Shown here: piece by piece, positions 30,081 through 40,018 of the stretch
Layout of the letters: every line of letters begins with the position of its first letter
Position numbering within the stretch: position 1 is the first letter of the stretch
Assembly: GCA_036402215.1 (NCBI GenBank)
Contig: DASWTI010000205.1
Location: 1 to 61,905, forward strand
Length of the DNA stretch: 61,905 nt
Reading direction: 5' to 3'
From: Pseudonocardiaceae bacterium
GTDB lineage: Bacteria > Actinomycetota > Actinomycetes > Mycobacteriales > Pseudonocardiaceae
Made by a program: the position numbers and the translations under genes
Notes under the pieces: generated by a model
Told to the model about the DNA's origin: nothing
Databases searched by the model: none
The model's input: the letters and a program-made list of their open reading frames with translations, nothing else

Positions 30081-31645
30081 TCGCGAAGGTCGTTCGGGGG
30101 TGGCGACCGGCCGGGCTGATCGTCTACTTGTTCGGGCCGGGGAAGTACGAGGAGCACCGCAATCCGCGGGTTGTGGCGTCCTGGGACGGAACGCCGTGGC
30201 TGCATCAACCCCCGGGTCTGGCATCGGTGGAGTTGGACGGCGAGGTGCTGCCGGCCGGCGAGTTCGATCTGGACCTCCGCCGGCTGATCGCGACCATGCA
30301 GGATCCGGCCGTTCTCGCCGGTCTGCCCCTGACCGCTCCACCGCCGGTGAGCGCGGAGTGGCTGCCCTACCTGCGTTCCGGCGGGCGACTGCCGGCCGGC
30401 GCGCCGCAGTGGCTGCCGCATTACCGGTACGACGCCCATGCGGACGCGGTTGTGCGCCGGCCCGGGTACGTCTGGCACTGCCCGGTTCGGCTCCATCCGG
30501 ACGACCCGACACTCACCGACGAGCAGTGGCAGACCATCGCGGAACGGCTCATGCGCGCCACCGGCATCGACCAGGCCGGTTGCCGGTGGATCGCCGTCCG
30601 GCATGCCGACGACCACATCCACCTCATGGCCACCCTCGTTTCTGAGACCTCCGGGCGACGCTTCCACCCGTACCGCGACTACCTGAAGCTCCGCCGCGAA
30701 TGCCAGGCCATCGAACGTGAACTCGGCCTCGTCCGCACCGCCGACGCCGACAAGACCGCCACACGAACACCGACCCGCGCGGAGAAAGGCAAGGCGGAAC
30801 GCCTCGGCCACACCATCACCGCCCGCGAAGAACTGCACCGCCGGGTCGCCCACGCCGCAGCAACCACCGCAACGGCCGACGACTTCCTGAACGAACTCCG
30901 CAACGAAGGGCTCCGGCCTCACCTCGCCCGCGATCCAGGCGGTGCCATTCGCGGCTACTCCGTCGCCCTGCCCGGCGACGTCACCCGGCTCGGCGAACCC
31001 GTCCGCTACTCCGGCGGACAACTGGGCCACGACCTCACCTGGCCCAAGCTTCTGCAGCGCTGGGCACAGGTTCCCACCGATTCACGACTCCACCGTCGCA
31101 CCGGTAGTCGCGCGACGCCCGCGGAGCGACGTGAGACCTACCGCGATGCCGCACGTCTCGTGAACGTGGCGACCACAGCGGTCCGATCCGGCGACGACGT
31201 CGACGGGATCGCCCACGCCACCAACGACCTTCTCGCCGCACTCAGCCACTCCATCGACGGCTACGACCACGGCCCGACGACCCACGCATTCATCCAGTTC
31301 GACCGCGCGGCCCGCACCCCACACCGCGCCGTCCCCACCGACATTGGGGCCCTTGCCCAACGACTCCGCCGCACGTCCCGCCACCTCGGCCACATCGGCC
31401 GAATCACCGGCCGAGGCAACGAGAAATTCGCTGTGTCGACGCTGACGATCGCCGTCGCCGGGCTGCTCGTCGAGATCGCCGCCTGGCAGCAGCTCAAGGC
31501 ACGCGACCACCAGAGCCGCGCGGCTCGCAACGCGGGCGTCACCCTCGGCAGGCGTCCGCAGACGACCCGCACCGAGCAAGCTCCCACTTCAGGTCGGCGC
31601 CCGGCGACTCCCTGGCAAGGCCGCCCGTCCCGGCGAACACCATGA
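30077..31645 (+). CDS. Relaxase / mobilisation nuclease (MobA/VirD2-type)
   Basis: MIAKVVRGW..GLIVYLFGPGK N-terminus. Histidine motif IAVRHADDHIHLMATLV. Confidence 0.75.
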   Translation: MIAKVVRGWRPAGLIVYLFGPGKYEEHRNPRVVASWDGTPWLHQPPGLASVELDGEVLPAGEFDLDLRRLIATMQDPAVLAGLPLTAPPPVSAEWLPYLRSGGRLPAGAPQWLPHYRYDAHADAVVRRPGYVWHCPVRLHPDDPTLTDEQWQTIAERLMRATGIDQAGCRWIAVRHADDHIHLMATLVSETSGRRFHPYRDYLKLRRECQAIERELGLVRTADADKTATRTPTRAEKGKAERLGHTITAREELHRRVAHAAATTATADDFLNELRNEGLRPHLARDPGGAIRGYSVALPGDVTRLGEPVRYSGGQLGHDLTWPKLLQRWAQVPTDSRLHRRTGSRATPAERRETYRDAARLVNVATTAVRSGDDVDGIAHATNDLLAALSHSIDGYDHGPTTHAFIQFDRAARTPHRAVPTDIGALAQRLRRTSRHLGHIGRITGRGNEKFAVSTLTIAVAGLLVEIAAWQQLKARDHQSRAARNAGVTLGRRPQTTRTEQAPTSGRRPATPWQGRPSRRTP

Positions 31646-31872
31646 CAGGCTCGCCGGAGGCTGCGTCACGTTCGGCAGCACTACGTCCGACCTCACCGGG
31701 ACAGCCCGCGGAGCGCCGCCGTCAAGGCCCAGACTGTCGGCTGGTCAGAGCACATTCGCCCAGGTCAGCAGTGGCCGGCGTCACCGCGCCCTTCCGTCCT
31801 GGAGCGGCGCGGCGCACAGTGTCGAACATGCGTTCGAAGTCGCGGAGGTCGGCTCGCTTGTCCGCCTGGGGC

Positions 31873-32190
31873 ATGGACAGCGACCCGTCCTGGATGGCCA
31901 CCATGCGCAAACACGAACCGCGCGACGTATGGGTCCTCCTCGCCCACGCCTTCGCCCCGCCGCACACACCGGACAAGGCCACCGGCCCCGTCGCCCCCCT
32001 CCGCGGTGAGGTCCGCGGCGAACTCCACCACTGGCTCCGCGCCGAACCCGGCTGGTATGGCCTCGTCGAGTTCTACGTCGACCACATCACCGGTCCACTA
32101 CGCATGCTCGTCCCCGACGCCGCTCTCCGCCCCCGCGACGACGATCGCACCCTCAACGGCACGCCCCGCCGTAGCCGCCTCGACCGCTAA
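31873..32190 (+). CDS. Hypothetical protein
   Basis: The C-terminal part of ORF 31642..32190 (..RDVWVLLAHAFAPP..WYGLVEFYVDHITGPL) looks protein-like. The start is uncertain. Confidence 0.35.
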   Translation: MDSDPSWMATMRKHEPRDVWVLLAHAFAPPHTPDKATGPVAPLRGEVRGELHHWLRAEPGWYGLVEFYVDHITGPLRMLVPDAALRPRDDDRTLNGTPRRSRLDR

Positions 32191-32271
32191 CGAACCGCAC
32201 GCCGATGGCCATCCGCGGAAGGTCCGTACCGCCGATGCAGCCGCCTTGCCCGGAGGACGCCGTAACCTGGA

Positions 32272-33645
32272 GTGAGGGGACGCTCGAGGACCTGGTACGG
32301 GGAGGTGCTGGTCCGCGACGGTTGGGGGGCCGTGGTGAGTGATGATCCGCCGGGGTTGATGGTGCCGGCGTCGGAGTTGTGGCAGTGGGCGCAGGCGGTG
32401 AACGCGGTGACAGCGTTCGCCGGGTGGTTGCGTCGATCACGGGAGCGGGCCGGTCGACTGGCGTTCGCCGACGAGGCGCACGCGGAGTTCGTGCATCAGG
32501 TGCGGGAGGCGCCGCCACCGGTACGACCGATGACGGACGACGAGCGGTCCGTCTGGGCGGACCGGGTGCCGGTGGAGATGGTGATCCGGCCGGACGATCA
32601 GCTGGTGACCGTGTGGACGGCGCAGCTGGTCGACGAGTCCGGGGCGCCGACCGGTGAGTGGGGGGTGGAGGCGCACTGCTGGGTGGGGAACTCGGCGGTG
32701 GCGTCGGCGTTCGTGGTGTGTCGGGATCCGGTGGACGCCTTGGCGTTGACCCGGCAGCTCCGCGCGGAGGGCACGGCCGCGGCGGTACGGCGGGTGCAGT
32801 CGCTCGCCGACGGCGGCCCGGCCGGGCAGCCGCACGCCCTCACTGAGCAGGAGTGGTTGGCGGCGCTGCGGCGGGGGTTGCCGGGGCGGTTGGCCGAGCG
32901 GATCGTGGCAGATGACCCGGGGCATCCGCATCACGCGGCGTGGCGGGAGTTGTGGGCGTTGGCGGCCGAGGAGGTCAGCCGGGTCGGCGCCGATCCGGAC
33001 CGGCTGGTGGGGTTGATCGCGACCATCCCGCGGTGGCGCGACGATGTGCGGAACCCGCCGGCGTTGGCGCACTGGGCCTTGACCGAGGCCCGGGCCTCGA
33101 CGACGTACGAGTCCGTGGTCCGCGGTGAGCCACGCCGGGCGGAGCAGCCAGTGCCGGTGGCGCCGCGATTGAGGGAGGTGCGGGACCCGGCGGCCGCGCT
33201 GGCATGGGCGTCGCACCTCGTGGCAGATGACCCGGTGCATCGGATCGAGGCGCAGCAGGGCTTCGGCCGGTGGGGTTCGGAGGTCGACGCAATCCTGGCC
33301 CGCACGTTCGACGGGCTGCTCGGCGCGGTTGCCACCCCGCCGAACCGGTCGGCGGTTGTCGACCCGGCGGTGGTGGCGGAGCTGCGGGCCGAGGTGGAGC
33401 GGCTGGATCCGCAGCGGCCGATCGACCGGCGGGCGGCGCGGATCATGCTCGGTCGCGTACCGGACGAGGTGACCGAGCTGATCGCCCAGCGGTTCGCCGG
33501 AGAGCCGGCGATCGAGGAACGGCTGGGCGAGCTGTATCCCGACGGGGTCCCGTGGGCGACGAACGTCGCCACGGCCATGACGGACCGGCCTACGGCGGTA
33601 CAGCCGACGGTCCAGCACCAGCGACAGGCAGCGCCCGGACGCTGA
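32272..33645 (+). CDS. Hypothetical protein in the mobilisation module
   Basis: 457-aa ORF with GC3 bias and a non-repetitive translation. No domain recognised. Confidence 0.6.
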   Translation: MRGRSRTWYGEVLVRDGWGAVVSDDPPGLMVPASELWQWAQAVNAVTAFAGWLRRSRERAGRLAFADEAHAEFVHQVREAPPPVRPMTDDERSVWADRVPVEMVIRPDDQLVTVWTAQLVDESGAPTGEWGVEAHCWVGNSAVASAFVVCRDPVDALALTRQLRAEGTAAAVRRVQSLADGGPAGQPHALTEQEWLAALRRGLPGRLAERIVADDPGHPHHAAWRELWALAAEEVSRVGADPDRLVGLIATIPRWRDDVRNPPALAHWALTEARASTTYESVVRGEPRRAEQPVPVAPRLREVRDPAAALAWASHLVADDPVHRIEAQQGFGRWGSEVDAILARTFDGLLGAVATPPNRSAVVDPAVVAELRAEVERLDPQRPIDRRAARIMLGRVPDEVTELIAQRFAGEPAIEERLGELYPDGVPWATNVATAMTDRPTAVQPTVQHQRQAAPGR

Positions 33646-33710
33646 CTCTTGCGCTAGGGCCGGCGTGGGGCGTCGACCGTTCATCAGCACGACAATCGGG
33701 GGGAACGATC

Positions 33711-35120
33711 ATGGCGGACACCACCGCGACCACCAACACCGTCCAACCACCACCGGTCATCAACGGCTTCCCACGCCTGGCCAACGAACCCGCCGGGCAA
33801 GCCGGCGCGCCGCCGCCACCGGCGTGGGATCCGGACACCGAACGGGCGCCGGAGCACGCGCTGCTCGGCAGCCTGCTCTACGCGCCGCACGCCTTCGACG
33901 CCGTCGACACCTTCCTCGGCGCTCGCGACTTCTCCACCCCAGCCACCAAGGCCGTCTTCACCACGCTCCGCGAGCTGCGCCGCGCCGGTGCCCTGTACGA
34001 CGTGGCAGCGCTACCCACACAGCAGGCGCAGCTCCAAGCGGCCGAGGAGAACCGTTCCAGGCTGTTCACCGCGCTCAGCAACCGCAGCTACTCCGACCTG
34101 CCCGTCGGCGACGTCGGCGAGGTCCTCGCCCAGCTGACCGCGGCTGCGCCAGCGGAGTGCGTGCCACTGCGCGGCATCTACGACCCGGCGGCGCAGATGC
34201 GGCTGGCCCGCATCGTCCTGGAGGCATCGCTGCGGCGGCAGCTGCGGTCGATGGGCGTGCTGATGACCAAGGGCCGGCCGGTCGTCCCCGGCCCGGTCAC
34301 CGAGCAGGCGGCCGGGCCGTCGGTGCAGCACCTGGAGCAGATCAGCGGCCAGCTCCGCACCATGACCGACCGCCTGGTGCAAGCCGTCCGACGAACCGAG
34401 GTCGTCGGGACACCGCCGCCAGCAGCCCAGCAGCCGCACGTGGCCCCGGCCCCATCCCACCCGCCGTCACCGCCGAGCCCGCCCGCCGAACAGCAACCCC
34501 GGGCCGCAGCGCAGCAGCCCGCGGGCACCCAACGAGCACGTGCCGCCATGACCGCGGGTCGCGCCGGGTCCTCACGGTGGCGCTTGCCCCAGCCGCTGCA
34601 GGCCATCACCCAGCGCCGCCTGCACCGGGCGGAGCGACATCTCATCCACCTGGCCCTGCACAGCGGGCCAGACGCTGGCCGCCTGCCGACCGAGGTGCTC
34701 GACCTGCGCCCCGAGGACTTCACCCACCCCGTGAACGCCAACACCTGGCGCGCCATCCAGGACCTGCGGCGGCAAGGACTGCCCATCAACTACGTCTCCC
34801 TGCACCTGCGCACCGCCGACCCAAGCTGGGGCCACCACCCCACGCTGTCCGCGCGGGACCTCGGCCGGCTGGCCCAGCCACCCGAGCTCCGCCCCGAACG
34901 CGTCGCCCGCACCCTGCAAACGGTCGTCACCGCAGGCATACGCCGAGCCTCCCGAAGCGCCGGCCGCGCCGTCTCCGCCCTCGCCACACCGGAACTCGAC
35001 GTGCGCTCCGCCTTGGACGAGGCCCAGCGCCAGGTCAGCGTGCTCACCGCCCGCACCCGCACCGCCGCTGCCGTCCACCACGCCACCCAACCGACCCAGC
35101 AATCATCACCACGCCGGTGA
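33711..35120 (+). CDS. DnaB-helicase N-terminal-domain protein (no ATPase domain)
   Basis: EHALLGSLLYAPHAFDAVDTFL..DFSTPATKAVFTTLRELRRAG, plus a second copy (HLIHLALHSG...FTHPVNANTWRAIQDLRRQG). No Walker motifs. Confidence 0.65.
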   Translation: MADTTATTNTVQPPPVINGFPRLANEPAGQAGAPPPPAWDPDTERAPEHALLGSLLYAPHAFDAVDTFLGARDFSTPATKAVFTTLRELRRAGALYDVAALPTQQAQLQAAEENRSRLFTALSNRSYSDLPVGDVGEVLAQLTAAAPAECVPLRGIYDPAAQMRLARIVLEASLRRQLRSMGVLMTKGRPVVPGPVTEQAAGPSVQHLEQISGQLRTMTDRLVQAVRRTEVVGTPPPAAQQPHVAPAPSHPPSPPSPPAEQQPRAAAQQPAGTQRARAAMTAGRAGSSRWRLPQPLQAITQRRLHRAERHLIHLALHSGPDAGRLPTEVLDLRPEDFTHPVNANTWRAIQDLRRQGLPINYVSLHLRTADPSWGHHPTLSARDLGRLAQPPELRPERVARTLQTVVTAGIRRASRSAGRAVSALATPELDVRSALDEAQRQVSVLTARTRTAAAVHHATQPTQQSSPRR

Positions 35121-35143
35121 CCCCTGCAACCCGAGGAGCCGCG

Positions 35144-35392
35144 ATGAACGAGATCAGCCGCGAGCAGATGGCCGAACTCATCACCAACGGCACAGCCACC
35201 CCCTGGACCCACCCGCTGGGAGTGGAAGGCGACATCCCAACAGCCGCCACACTGGCCGACACCTGGTACGTCGTACTGGACGGCCACGACCACTACACAC
35301 CGGCCGCCGCCGACCTCGCCGCAGTCTTGACCAGCGCACACTGCGCATTGGCCGCAGCCGATGCCGCCATCGGCGCACAGCACGTGGAGTGA
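35144..35392 (+). CDS. Hypothetical small protein
   Basis: GAGGAG lies before ATG 35144. 82 aa and GC3-rich. Confidence 0.5.
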   Translation: MNEISREQMAELITNGTATPWTHPLGVEGDIPTAATLADTWYVVLDGHDHYTPAAADLAAVLTSAHCALAAADAAIGAQHVE

Positions 35393-35475
35393 CGCCACCT
35401 GCTGCATAAGTGCTGCACTTGCGCCGCACTGCCGCGCCGTGATCAGGGACGATGGTCGTAGGCGGAGGGAGGCTC

Positions 35476-36651
35476 ATGACGGACCATGTCCAGTGGACCG
35501 GGTACGACGCACAGCAGCTCAGGCGCGCGCTGCGGATGAGTCAACGGGCCTTCGCGACCCATCTCGGGCTGGCGGACCGCACCATCACCAGGTGGGAGAA
35601 GCTGGGCCGCGAGACCACCCCGTTCCCGGAGACGCAGGCGATCCTGGACACGGCTCTCGCCCGGGCCACCGACGACGTGCGCGCCCGGTTCCGCGCACTT
35701 CTCGAGCTCGACTTCACCGAGGACGTTCAGCACGGTCGTCCGGCGAACTCGGATGGAGCGGCGCTCGCGGAGTTCGAGGAGCGGACCGAGGACATGCGTG
35801 TGCGTTATCACCAGGCACCGGCGTCGGAGCTGCTGCCGGTGGCCCTGGCCCATCTGGAGGTCCTTCAGGACGCCTTGCGGGGGCATGGGGCTGATCGGCG
35901 ACGACGCGAGCTCGGTGCCATGGCACAGGAGACCGCCGGGCTGGTGGCGTGGCTGCGTCACGATTGCGGCTTGGACCGGCTGGCGGATCAGGCTTACACG
36001 ACCGCGCAGGCTCTGTTGAAGGTGTCGGGTGATCGGGCGTTGGCGGGGTACGTCAGCACGTTCCGGGCCGAGGCGGCGCTGCATCAGGATGACCTCGACG
36101 GGGCGGCCGCGTACTTCTCGGCGGCCCGTTCGATGGTGGGTCGGGGGGCGCCGTGGTTGGTCGAGGCGTGGACGTCAGCGGTTGGTGCCGAGGTCATGGC
36201 GGTCACCGCCCGGCCGTCGGACGCCGTTCGTCTCCTCGGGGCGGCAGAGACGGCGCTCGACAAGGCCGGTGGACGGCCGGGTGCGCCGTGGATGTACCGG
36301 TTCGATGAGTCCCGGCTCGCGCTGTACCGCGGTCGGACGCTGCTCGCGCTGGGCGAGCCGGCTGCGGCGCGGCGTGAGTTCGACGCGGCGCTTGCCGTGA
36401 TTCCGCCGCTGCGGATCCGGCGACGGTCGGAAGCGATCCTCGGATCGGCCCGGGCCGACCTGGCCGTCGGCTCGTTGAGTGACGCTCATGACGGCTGTGT
36501 CTCGGCGCTGAGCGGTTTCGTTCACACCCGCTCGACACGAGGTCTTCGCCAGGTGCGCAGCATCCGCGACGAGCTGAAAGCGCGAGGTGCCGCCCTGTTG
36601 GCGGCCAGCCTGGACGATCGCATGTGGGATCTGGTGACAGCCGGGCCATGA
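35476..36651 (+). CDS. XRE-family HTH regulator with a TPR-like C-terminal domain
   Basis: LRRALRMSQRAFATHLGLADRTITRWE is the HTH. The C-terminus is a helical repeat. GGAGGGAGG lies before the ATG. Confidence 0.75.
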   Translation: MTDHVQWTGYDAQQLRRALRMSQRAFATHLGLADRTITRWEKLGRETTPFPETQAILDTALARATDDVRARFRALLELDFTEDVQHGRPANSDGAALAEFEERTEDMRVRYHQAPASELLPVALAHLEVLQDALRGHGADRRRRELGAMAQETAGLVAWLRHDCGLDRLADQAYTTAQALLKVSGDRALAGYVSTFRAEAALHQDDLDGAAAYFSAARSMVGRGAPWLVEAWTSAVGAEVMAVTARPSDAVRLLGAAETALDKAGGRPGAPWMYRFDESRLALYRGRTLLALGEPAAARREFDAALAVIPPLRIRRRSEAILGSARADLAVGSLSDAHDGCVSALSGFVHTRSTRGLRQVRSIRDELKARGAALLAASLDDRMWDLVTAGP

Positions 36652-38381
36652 CAGCCGTCGATGCCGTCCAGGTAGTCGGTGGGAACGTCTTCTGGATCGA
36701 AGGCGGCAGCTCCGGCGATCACCTGCGTCGATGGTCCGCGGACACCGGCAACGCCGTCACCGAGCTGCCCGGCGTCTGCGTCGGTTCGCGCATCTACGGC
36801 TACGGCGGCGGTTCCTACGTCGTGACCCCGATCGGCATCGTCGCCAGTGACGCCGAGACCTCCGCGCTGGTCCTGCAGGCGTCCGACGGACAGATCAGGC
36901 GGCTGGTCGACGACGGGTGGTGGTACGGCGATCTGCACTGGGACACCGCGGCGGCCCGGGTGCTGGCGGTCCGGGAACGGGGCGCGGTCGCCGAACTCGT
37001 CTCGATCGCGCTGCCGGGCGGCGCGGTGTCGGTGATCGCTGCGGGTGAGGAGTTCTACGCGGCGCCGCGGGCCGGGCCGGACGGGCGCCGGCTCGCGTGG
37101 CTGAGCTGGCAGGCGCCGTTCATGCCGTGGGATCGCACGGTCTTCTGGACCGCGCCGACCGACAACCCGGCCGCCGCCACGCCGCTCGTGGACGACGACG
37201 AGTCGGTGTTCTGCCCACAGTGGAGCCCGCAAGGCGTGCTGCACTTCATGTCCGACCGCTCCGGCTGGTGGAACCTCTACCAGGCCACGGCCTCCGGGAC
37301 CAGGCGGGTTGTGGCAGCGGACGCGGAGCTCGGCACCGCCCAGTGGGAGCTGGGATACGCCACCTACACCTTCCTCGACAACGGACAGCTGGCCCTGATC
37401 AGCCAACGAGGCCCGCACCACAAACTGCTCACCGGCACGCCATCGGACCTCACCCCGGCCGCCCCTGGCTATACCTCGATCAAGCCGTACCTCAGTACCA
37501 GCAACGACACCGTGGCGTTCATCGGAGCCAACACGACCCAAGAACCGACCGTGGTCACCGTTCGAGCCGGCTCGGCTCCACGAGACCTCACACCCGCCAG
37601 GCACGCCCACGTCGGCAGCCCGCCCCGGCAGATCACCTGCCGCGCCAGAGACGGTCTCCGGATTCACGGCCTGTACTGGCCCGCGCAGCAACGGGACGGT
37701 CGGCGACCGCTGATTGTCCGAGCCCACCCCGGGCCGACCGCGAATGCCACAGGACGCCTCGACCCCTACGTCAGCTACTTCACCAGCCGCGGCTACGCCG
37801 TCGTCGACGTCGACTACCGAGGCAGCACCGGCTACGGCCGCAGCTTCCGCACCGCGCTGCGGGGATCGTGGGGCGTCGCGGACGCCCACGACTGCGCCGA
37901 CATGGCACGCCACCTCATCGACCGCGGCCTCGCGCACGCCGGCAGCGTGGTCATCAGCGGCAGCAGCGCCGGCGGCTACACCGCCCTCCACGCCATCGCC
38001 AGCGAGGGACCGTTCCGCGCCGCAACGGCCAGGTCCGCGATCGTCGACCTCCACGCCTGGAAGGCAGCAGCACCGCGCTTCCAGGCCCACCACGCCGACC
38101 TCCTCGTGGCGCCGCCGACGTACACGTCGTCAAGTCGCGACCTGATTGCCGAACTCGGTACGCGCATCTCCCGGCCGTTGCTGTTGATCCACGGAACACG
38201 CGATCGAATCGCCCCTGTTGAACCGGTCGGCCGCCTCTCGGCCATCACCAACGCCAACGGCACACCGTGCACACTGATGACCTTCGACGAAGACCACACG
38301 TTCCGCTCGGAGGAGGCCATTCGGACCTCCTTCGAGGCGGAGCTTCGGCACTACGACTCTGCGCTCCGGGTAGGCCGGTAG
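36648..38381 (+). CDS. S9 family serine peptidase (prolyl oligopeptidase / acylaminoacyl-peptidase type)
   Basis: ATGA overlap with the upstream stop. Propeller-like N-terminal half. Nucleophile motif GSSAGGYTAL, then HGTRDRIAP and DEDHTF. Confidence 0.8.
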   Translation: MTAVDAVQVVGGNVFWIEGGSSGDHLRRWSADTGNAVTELPGVCVGSRIYGYGGGSYVVTPIGIVASDAETSALVLQASDGQIRRLVDDGWWYGDLHWDTAAARVLAVRERGAVAELVSIALPGGAVSVIAAGEEFYAAPRAGPDGRRLAWLSWQAPFMPWDRTVFWTAPTDNPAAATPLVDDDESVFCPQWSPQGVLHFMSDRSGWWNLYQATASGTRRVVAADAELGTAQWELGYATYTFLDNGQLALISQRGPHHKLLTGTPSDLTPAAPGYTSIKPYLSTSNDTVAFIGANTTQEPTVVTVRAGSAPRDLTPARHAHVGSPPRQITCRARDGLRIHGLYWPAQQRDGRRPLIVRAHPGPTANATGRLDPYVSYFTSRGYAVVDVDYRGSTGYGRSFRTALRGSWGVADAHDCADMARHLIDRGLAHAGSVVISGSSAGGYTALHAIASEGPFRAATARSAIVDLHAWKAAAPRFQAHHADLLVAPPTYTSSSRDLIAELGTRISRPLLLIHGTRDRIAPVEPVGRLSAITNANGTPCTLMTFDEDHTFRSEEAIRTSFEAELRHYDSALRVGR

Positions 38382-38901
38382 GAGCGAAGGCGCAAAGCCG
38401 GCCGAGTACACGCTCCAACCCGACATCTGCCCGCCTCAACCGGACCGACAGCCTCTCAACCGCCTGCGCGATCGCCGCCCACCCAGCGTCCGTGAACTGC
38501 AACGCCCTCGACGTAGCTGCCTCCCCACGGACGCATTCACCGACACCGCGCACATCCGCGGGCGCCCCGTCAAATCCTGACCCGCCGTCCCGAGGCGGCG
38601 CCCGCGGCACCAGCCAAGGCCGGCACGCTGTGACCTGCTTTGCTCCGCACCCGGCCTCCGCGGTCATCTGGGCGGCCCGCAGCCGCCCCGGAGCCGAGCG
38701 TTCGAGGCTCCAGCCGTGGATCCCCTCTCGTGTAAGCTGCTGCTAGCAGTAGCGCCTGCTCGTTCCGAGCGTTGGTTACCCACGTTGGCCAGCGTGTCGA
38801 GGACAAGGTTCTCCTGAATCGCGCATCGTCGATCGGCTGTCGCTCACGTTGGCTCAGGCAGCGAGATGGACGTGGGACGTCTCGGGTCAAGGGAGCACGT
38901 G

Positions 38902-39867
38902 ATGACCAAGAACCGTCGACTCAAGAACCAGATCAGGGCCCTGCAGAAGAGCACCGGCACCTCTTACATGGTGGCCCGGCGTGAACTGGCCGGGGGTGTG
39001 TCTGGATCGGCACCGACCGGCGACGACGGTCGCCCACCGATGGCGCTTCGTCCGCCCCTGGCGGTGTGGGAGCGGCCGAGTATGTGCCGCTTCTGGGAAG
39101 ACCTGCAGGAAGGACACGGTCCGCTGATCGCACTCAAGATCAGCCTCACGGGCGGTGGCTGGTGGGGACTCGATGACCTTGCCCGGGAAGTGGCGGGTGC
39201 GTTGCAGGACGACCGACCGGCCAACCAGCGAGGCCTGTGGCTCGGCGTGGGCCGTTACAACGTCACCAAGCAGGAGCACCTGGCCGGGATCGTGGCAGCG
39301 CTGGACGGCGCCGGTGCGGTACACCGCCTGACGGTGCGGTCCATGCCCGACGGGGCCAACTGCACGCATGCGAGCTGCCGGCGTCGCCGTGGTCAACCGC
39401 CAGTGTCTGCTCAAGGCCGTCCCGACCGCGGCGCCCCCGTACCTATCGCGCGTGCAGGGATCCACCTGCCCGTCACCGGGTTGAGCCTGCGGGAGGTCAT
39501 GGACGTGCATCCGCAGTTGAACAGCCATGGGTTCGGTGTGTTCAATGGGCAGGGGATGACGGCCGAGCAGAGGCGAGAGAAACTCAGCCAGGGCCGCGAC
39601 GAGCTCCGTAGTAGTGAGGGCCTGGTGCTGCGGGTACGCGACTGGCTGCGGGTGTCCATCGCGCCGATCAAGACGCCCACCGTGGGCAGCTATGGCATGA
39701 AGCACGTGGTCGAGAAGGCGATCGGCCAGTACATCACCAACGGTGAGCTGATCACGGCAGCGCTGATGGCCGGCTATCCGATGGGCCGCCCCCACGGCCC
39801 CAATGTCGACTTCGGCATGAGCAAGCGCGACGTGGACCGAGCCCGAACAGCCAATCGACGAAACTAG
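38902..39867 (+). CDS. Hypothetical protein
   Basis: AAGGGAG lies before ATG 38902. MTKNRRLKNQIRALQKSTGTSYMVARREL N-terminus. No family recognised. Confidence 0.55.
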   Translation: MTKNRRLKNQIRALQKSTGTSYMVARRELAGGVSGSAPTGDDGRPPMALRPPLAVWERPSMCRFWEDLQEGHGPLIALKISLTGGGWWGLDDLAREVAGALQDDRPANQRGLWLGVGRYNVTKQEHLAGIVAALDGAGAVHRLTVRSMPDGANCTHASCRRRRGQPPVSAQGRPDRGAPVPIARAGIHLPVTGLSLREVMDVHPQLNSHGFGVFNGQGMTAEQRREKLSQGRDELRSSEGLVLRVRDWLRVSIAPIKTPTVGSYGMKHVVEKAIGQYITNGELITAALMAGYPMGRPHGPNVDFGMSKRDVDRARTANRRN

Positions 39868-39873
39868 AAGACC

Positions 39874-39920
39874 CCAGCTGCTCCGGCCTACTTCACATCC
39901 GGGCAGGCCGGAGCAGCTGG
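39874..39920 (+). terminator. Perfect 15-bp stem hairpin downstream of CDS 38902..39867
   Basis: ccagctgctccggcc, a 17-nt loop, then ggccggagcagctgg followed by tt. Confidence 0.5.
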
Positions 39921-40018
39921 TTCCACGCCTTGGTGAGCGCGACTCAGCGACCCCGAGAGCTGGGGTGCCTGTTAGCCGGATCCAGCAGTTTCCCCAGGTC
40001 AGACGCGAGAACTGGCAT

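Noticed and set aside
29238-31030. ORFs 29238..30512 (-, 424 aa) and 30029..31030 (-, 333 aa).
   Set aside because: They are antisense to MobC and the relaxase, which has a histidine motif. The translations are Arg/Pro-rich or Gly/Val-rich with no motifs.
36522-38093. ORF 36522..38093 (-, 523 aa) and plus-strand alternative frames within 37097..38221.
   Set aside because: They are antisense or out of frame relative to the S9 peptidase, which has the GSSAGG nucleophile and D/H motifs.
38430-38540. MobC-like snippet on the minus strand (..ALQFTDAGWAAIAQAVERLSV..) in the 485-bp gap after the S9 gene.
   Set aside because: Only about 20 residues resemble the FTDAEWAAI motif of the MobC at 29706. 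That is too short to call without an alignment statistic.
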